Below, one piece after another: positions 59,403 through 64,000 of a stretch of 64,000 nt of DNA. Made by a program: the position numbers and the translations under genes. The notes under the pieces are model-generated. The model saw only the letters and a list, made by a program, of their open reading frames with translations. It was not told the origin of the DNA and searched no databases. The stretch lies in sequence record MK250021.1. One strand, given 5' to 3'. Position 1 is the first letter of the stretch. Every line of letters starts with the position of its first letter.

Positions 59403-60092
59403 TTAATATAAATCTCGATGAAGAGATGAATCAAATAAACAATTCATAGATTCATATGAATCAACAATTATAAGTTCATCTGGTTTAATACCTAATAAAT
59501 TTGTAATATCTGTAATTGTATATACATGATGTCCATCTGTTTGTTTCTTTAACATTTTATAGTAATTCTCAAATGCTTTACGATAACCTTCAGCATCTTC
59601 GTATGTAGCAAAAATTTTTGCATTCTTTGCAGAATTCTCTAAAAATGTTAATTTTGATTCATTATCTTTTTCATATACATTCAATGTAATCCAATCATAA
59701 CGAACATTAAAAGTTAAATCGATCTTTTTCTTATTAAGTTCCTTTGCGGATATTGAAGTGATACCTAAGGTTGTACTAAATTTATTAATAAGATTATATG
59801 TACTAATTCCTATAAGTGAGTAATTTTCACGATTGGGATATACAGAATGATCAATATTATTCTTACGAATAAATGCAGGAATAATTTTATTGTTATAAAT
59901 TCTATCATTCCTATATTGAATAGTACAAACCCATACAATACGATATGGAATATTACAAGTAACTGGATTATTCATTACTTTCTTAATATTCTCATCTGAT
60001 GTGATATAATTGTCAAGTTCTTTTGTTGTATCAATAAAGAACTTATTATATGAATTTAATTCATCACGCAATTCATTTAAAGACTTTTTCAT
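59403..60092 (-). CDS. Hypothetical protein (229 aa)
   Basis: Intact ORF below promoter 60121-60155; C-terminal TITDITNLLGIKPDELII motif. Confidence 0.7.
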   Translation of the reverse strand: MKKSLNELRDELNSYNKFFIDTTKELDNYITSDENIKKVMNNPVTCNIPYRIVWVCTIQYRNDRIYNNKIIPAFIRKNNIDHSVYPNRENYSLIGISTYNLINKFSTTLGITSISAKELNKKKIDLTFNVRYDWITLNVYEKDNESKLTFLENSAKNAKIFATYEDAEGYRKAFENYYKMLKKQTDGHHVYTITDITNLLGIKPDELIIVDSYESMNCLFDSSLHRDLY

Positions 60093-60120
60093 TATCTATT
60101 GTTTTTTAATTATTCATTAT

Positions 60121-60155
60121 TACAAAGATACATAAATTATATGTAAAATAAAAAA
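60121..60155 (-). promoter_or_regulatory. Bacteroidota sigmaA-type (early) promoter
   Basis: ATGTATCTTTGTA with upstream T-run. Confidence 0.75.
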
Positions 60156-60206
60156 GTCTGACTAAATATTTCTATTTAATCAGACATTATTAACAATATT
60201 TAATTT

Positions 60207-61373
60207 TTATGCATATAAATATATTTTTTTCATTTCTTTACCAGAAGGTGTTGTAAATGTTATAACTGCATATTTTCTTTCAAATCCATCCCATTCGCAT
60301 TCCATATCTTCACCTCTGCCATTATAACGGTCCGCATCATCAAGGTCTCGTTTTAAATCAAGCTTTGCTTTCCAATTAGGCTTCTTTGTTGATTGAATTG
60401 ATTTTTTATATTCAATACATTTTTTTGAATTATGTGCAAGCAATCTTAAATCAAACCTATCAAATATGCGAGATCGTTTTCCTGACACTCTTTCATCTGA
60501 AATATCCATTATATCTAATGGTTTACATTTCAATGTATTCTGAATATATTTATTCAATGATAGGAATTCTTTACATGGTTTAGAAATATACTTAATGGAA
60601 TCAACCCATGGTTTATCATCATTATTACTTAGCCAACTACTATATGGTTTATGAATACCATCAATACGTGTGTAGTTAGGTAAATCTATTTTATACAATT
60701 TATATGTATAAATATCTTCCATTAATCCATCAATATCACCATTTGGATAATATTTTTCTAATATATTTTCATTATCATAATAAAAATTATTAATATTAAT
60801 ATCGATAATAGGAAACTTTTCAGTTTTTTTATTTGCTATATATTTCTTTAATAGTTTTGAAATAACTTCTTGCTTATTATTTGATGATGATGAAGTATTT
60901 CTTGAAGATGATGTACCTCTTAATGTTCCAGATAATACACGTTCACTTGCATTTACACCAAACTCTTGTAATGTAATATTTGAACCAATAAGTTTATTAA
61001 TCCATCTAACAATTTCATTCGCTGATATAGGATTTACTCTAAATACTTTTGTAAATGCTTCTATTGTAGCATCTGTACGCTTTGGTATTTTTGCTTCTGT
61101 TTCACCTACAAATGTATAAATCAATTTTGGATTTCCAAAAGACATAAGCTTACATTTTCTTCCTTGTTTAATAATACGAAGAACATAAGATTGATTTGTT
61201 GGTGTATATACCATATACAAATAATATACAGGATAACCTGTGGTTCCATTTGATTTTAATTTTACAAGATTACATCTATAATATGCTCCATCAGCAGAAG
61301 CAATATTTTCAAATGCAAATTTAACTGCTTGCTTTTCTGTTGTATCTAAAGATTCAAATAATTTATTAATCAT
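60207..61373 (-). CDS. Hypothetical two-domain protein (388 aa) with Ser-rich linker
   Basis: Intact ORF; TATAAATA ~34 nt upstream. Confidence 0.75.
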   Translation of the reverse strand: MINKLFESLDTTEKQAVKFAFENIASADGAYYRCNLVKLKSNGTTGYPVYYLYMVYTPTNQSYVLRIIKQGRKCKLMSFGNPKLIYTFVGETEAKIPKRTDATIEAFTKVFRVNPISANEIVRWINKLIGSNITLQEFGVNASERVLSGTLRGTSSSRNTSSSSNNKQEVISKLLKKYIANKKTEKFPIIDININNFYYDNENILEKYYPNGDIDGLMEDIYTYKLYKIDLPNYTRIDGIHKPYSSWLSNNDDKPWVDSIKYISKPCKEFLSLNKYIQNTLKCKPLDIMDISDERVSGKRSRIFDRFDLRLLAHNSKKCIEYKKSIQSTKKPNWKAKLDLKRDLDDADRYNGRGEDMECEWDGFERKYAVITFTTPSGKEMKKIYLYA

Positions 61374-61424
61374 TATATTATTAAAATTATTTAAGTTTAA
61401 TATAATATATTTATATCTAATTAA

Positions 61425-62585
61425 TTACCATCTATGATAACGTTTTCTATATGAATAATTACCAGATGGATTATTTTCTGTATAATCATTTGTAATTACC
61501 CAATATGAAATTCCAACATTATATAGTAACATAATAATAAGAATAGCAATATACCATCCTGTACTTAATTCTATATTAATATAATTAAAATCAGAAAATT
61601 CTTTCCTATTCCAATTTGTATCAATTTGTGTATCTAACCATTCAGCATATTCTTTAAAATTAATGGTAGGATGATTAATGAAATAATCACGTGTTTTTAC
61701 TTCAAGCAAAGGTTTATCACACCATGAAAATGGATTACACCAAATAATTTTATTATTCTTTATACCAAGACATACAATAAACTCGTTCTTATTTCCACCT
61801 TGCCAATATGCCTTTTGCATTTCTGATATTTCTATGTTAGATGTATTGTAACAACATATCAATACATGAATTTGATTCTTTGGACCTCTGTAGCCATTCA
61901 AATACCTAACAGCGTCAATATCAGATTCATTTGCGTTATATCCAATTATTGGATTCTGATCATATAACTTAGTTTCAGGATATTCATATAAACCATTTTC
62001 TTTTGCATCTTCTTTACTTATATTAGAATATTTAAAGATAGAATATGAAGATGCTTTTACTTTATTCTGATACATATGTGTCCATGTTACAGGATATGAA
62101 TTCTCTCTTGTTCTATTCCAATATGTAATATATGCATCTCCATCTTCTAAATGATAATTTCTATGCATATCTTTAAATACTGGTTGCGTATTTAATTTTT
62201 TACATATATACTGATAATCTTTTTTAGATATTGATTCTTTATCTCCATGTATTGTTTCATAAATATATTCAGCAGGATGGTATCTTCGTTCAGGTACTGT
62301 ATATGTTACGGTTCGTGTTTTACCGTTACCACATGAAACAGTTCTAGTATGTGTTACCATAACTATTTCATCCCATGGTTCATAATATGTTACTTTACTT
62401 ATTAAATCACTTAAATATTCTGTGTCTAATGATGATATATATACAAATGAATATTTAAGGCCAAGAAATAATAATAATGATGGTACAGCTACAATAAAAT
62501 ATTCCCATATTGCAGTTTGCTTACGAAATTTCCATGCTAATATTATTATTGTAATAATAGGTATTAAAAAAATTATTATTTCCAT
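61425..62585 (-). CDS. Membrane-anchored protein (N- and C-terminal TM helices, 386 aa)
   Basis: Two N-terminal hydrophobic helices, a soluble core and a C-terminal helix. Confidence 0.75.
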   Translation of the reverse strand: MEIIIFLIPIITIIILAWKFRKQTAIWEYFIVAVPSLLLFLGLKYSFVYISSLDTEYLSDLISKVTYYEPWDEIVMVTHTRTVSCGNGKTRTVTYTVPERRYHPAEYIYETIHGDKESISKKDYQYICKKLNTQPVFKDMHRNYHLEDGDAYITYWNRTRENSYPVTWTHMYQNKVKASSYSIFKYSNISKEDAKENGLYEYPETKLYDQNPIIGYNANESDIDAVRYLNGYRGPKNQIHVLICCYNTSNIEISEMQKAYWQGGNKNEFIVCLGIKNNKIIWCNPFSWCDKPLLEVKTRDYFINHPTINFKEYAEWLDTQIDTNWNRKEFSDFNYINIELSTGWYIAILIIMLLYNVGISYWVITNDYTENNPSGNYSYRKRYHRW

Positions 62586-62619
62586 ATATTATTATTTTAT
62601 TTAAAATTAAAAATTATGT

Positions 62620-62654
62620 TACAAAGATACATATAATTTATAAAATAAAAAATC
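62620..62654 (-). promoter_or_regulatory. Bacteroidota sigmaA-type (early) promoter
   Basis: ATGTATCTTTGTA with upstream T-run. Confidence 0.75.
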
Positions 62655-62703
62655 TTATAGATAAAAACTAATTTACCTATAAGATTTAAATAAGTGTTGT
62701 TAT

Positions 62704-63237
62704 TTAATAGATTCTTTTAAAGTTTTCATAAAAATCTTTCGCATGCTTTACAAAATACGGACCATCAGGACAATCATTATATACTGCTTTATATAAAACT
62801 AAATCTTCATTTTTTCTCCAGTAATAATTTGGGTGTTCTAAATATTCATCATCAAAATATTCAGGATCTAAATCAATATCTTTAAATAATAGATGTTCTT
62901 GAACTAATTCATATTCTCTATGTTCAAAATCTTTTGCATTTTTATAGATATATCTTCCAATACCTTTATTCTCTATATTCCATTCTGTTTGATACCAATA
63001 TTCACTTAAGCTTCTATCATGTTCATCAGGAAATTTATCTTGATTCATATATTCCTTATTAACATGAAGATAATGAAACGTATCTTGAACATATCCACCA
63101 AACCAACAAATTCCTAATATAAGTTCTTTTTGTGTATCATGAATTTCGACAACTCTCATACCTTGAGTCATTTTAGGAAATTCTTTACAACAATGAAATA
63201 TATAATCTCCTTCTTTTATATCTTTTAGCTTTTTCAT
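62704..63237 (-). CDS. Hypothetical protein, C-terminus DUF1653-like
   Basis: EDLVLYKAVY...YFVK..KDF resembles the DUF1653 LVVYRALY..WVRP..MF pattern. Confidence 0.45.
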   Translation of the reverse strand: MKKLKDIKEGDYIFHCCKEFPKMTQGMRVVEIHDTQKELILGICWFGGYVQDTFHYLHVNKEYMNQDKFPDEHDRSLSEYWYQTEWNIENKGIGRYIYKNAKDFEHREYELVQEHLLFKDIDLDPEYFDDEYLEHPNYYWRKNEDLVLYKAVYNDCPDGPYFVKHAKDFYENFKRIY

Positions 63238-63548
63238 TTCTTTCTAATTAAGTTTTTAATTGTATAAAAATATAAAAATTTAGTTTATTAAATATTGTTA
63301 ATTAAAATATTTTTATTAATTTTTTCCCCAATATTATTATGGTATTTTTTAATATAATAATTAAAATTATTATTTTTAACTATGAATGAAACTAATGTGA
63401 AAGAACCTAAACGTATAAAGCAATATATAGATACACATATATGGTTAAGTTTTTGTAAATTATTAAAAGCTTATGTTTTAATAAGTAATAATTTATATAT
63501 TTATTTGCTTTATAAAAATTAAAATTTTATGAACGCATACATAAATTG

Positions 63549-64000
63549 TTATTTGTTTGTAATATTAAATAATAATTCTACTTCTTCTAATAAACTTACT
63601 TTATTTTCTTCTATTATTTTCTTTGAATATGATAATTTCATATTCTTCCATGTTTCTAATAGAAACTTTATATGTTCTGCTAAGAATTTATTCCAATCAT
63701 GAATTCTCATCTCGTCTTTCAAACCACATGCACATTGTGTGAAATAATCAGATGAAAATGAAACTAATATATCACATTCTCTTAATATCCGTTGATATAA
63801 ATTTAAATCATCATCATTAATCATATAAGGATAACATGTTGCATCTATATTATCTCCTATAATTTTAATCAAATGATTACATGATTCATCATTAATAAAT
63901 TCAGTTCTAATATAATTCTTCATTACATCTTTTGCGATATTGATATTTGTAATATCATCATATTTTCCTGCGCTATGATTAAAATCATGAAATATTGCAG
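63549..64000 (-). CDS. HD-domain phosphohydrolase-like protein (5'-truncated by window edge)
   Basis: The frame is open to the window end: AIFHDFNHS...ATCYPY...RECD. Confidence 0.65.
   Translation of the reverse strand, partial: AIFHDFNHSAGKYDDITNINIAKDVMKNYIRTEFINDESCNHLIKIIGDNIDATCYPYMINDDDLNLYQRILRECDILVSFSSDYFTQCACGLKDEMRIHDWNKFLAEHIKFLLETWKNMKLSYSKKIIEENKVSLLEEVELLFNITNK

Noticed and set aside
63382-63522. 46-aa + strand ORF MNETNVKEPK...
   Set aside because: Short and low-complexity with no motif support; cannot be distinguished from chance.
1-64000. Suppressor tRNA (CUA), other tRNA, rRNA, tmRNA or RNase P RNA
   Set aside because: No cloverleaf with a paired TTCRANT arm, and no tmRNA ends or RNase P GAGGAAAGUC core recognised by eye; tRNAscan-SE/Aragorn should confirm.
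1-64000. Genome-wide TGA reassignment (code 4/25)
   Set aside because: TGA clearly terminates genes (16982, 30397, 43499, 46377, 52144, 53331); only one internal TGA (3667) was seen.

Overview
This is a very AT-rich segment of what is almost certainly a large tailed phage (jumbo/megaphage) of a Bacteroidota host. It is compatible with a Lak-like phage, but that cannot be confirmed from this window. The supplied ORF track is badly fragmented because TAG is read as an amino acid (genetic code 15, TAG=Gln). Re-reading by hand with TAG=Gln fuses dozens of fragments into long genes. On the + strand (1-26.8 kb) these are a lamin-tail/purple-acid-phosphatase protein, a ~2900-aa CotH-kinase/LRR-like protein and three paralogous coiled-coil fibre proteins. 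On the - strand they include a 5'-3' exonuclease and a ~1990-aa tape-measure-like protein. TAG=Gln also reveals two genes the track missed or only partly saw: a GIY-YIG/T5orf172-like protein and a DUF1566-like lectin-fold protein split by an A12 tract. From 41 to 64 kb lie mostly short, largely TAG-free - strand genes (ClpP, a Cys-based phosphatase, polynucleotide kinase/phosphatase, DUF488-like, HD-domain and many hypotheticals). Three promoter classes are visible: a host-type TAnnTTTG, a sigma70-type TAGACW-N17-TATAAW and a T4-late-like ATAAATA. They largely partition with TAG usage. The most novel-looking signals are two long ORF-free, hairpin-dense transcription units (~48.4-49.2 kb and ~53.7-54.8 kb). 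Each has its own promoter, a boxA-like motif and an intrinsic terminator, and they share short motifs, so they are candidate large structured ncRNAs. No tRNA, rRNA, CRISPR array, transposase or reverse transcriptase was recognised. An N-gap spans 56438-56871. All domain calls come from visual motif recognition and all counts are manual; no database search was run.
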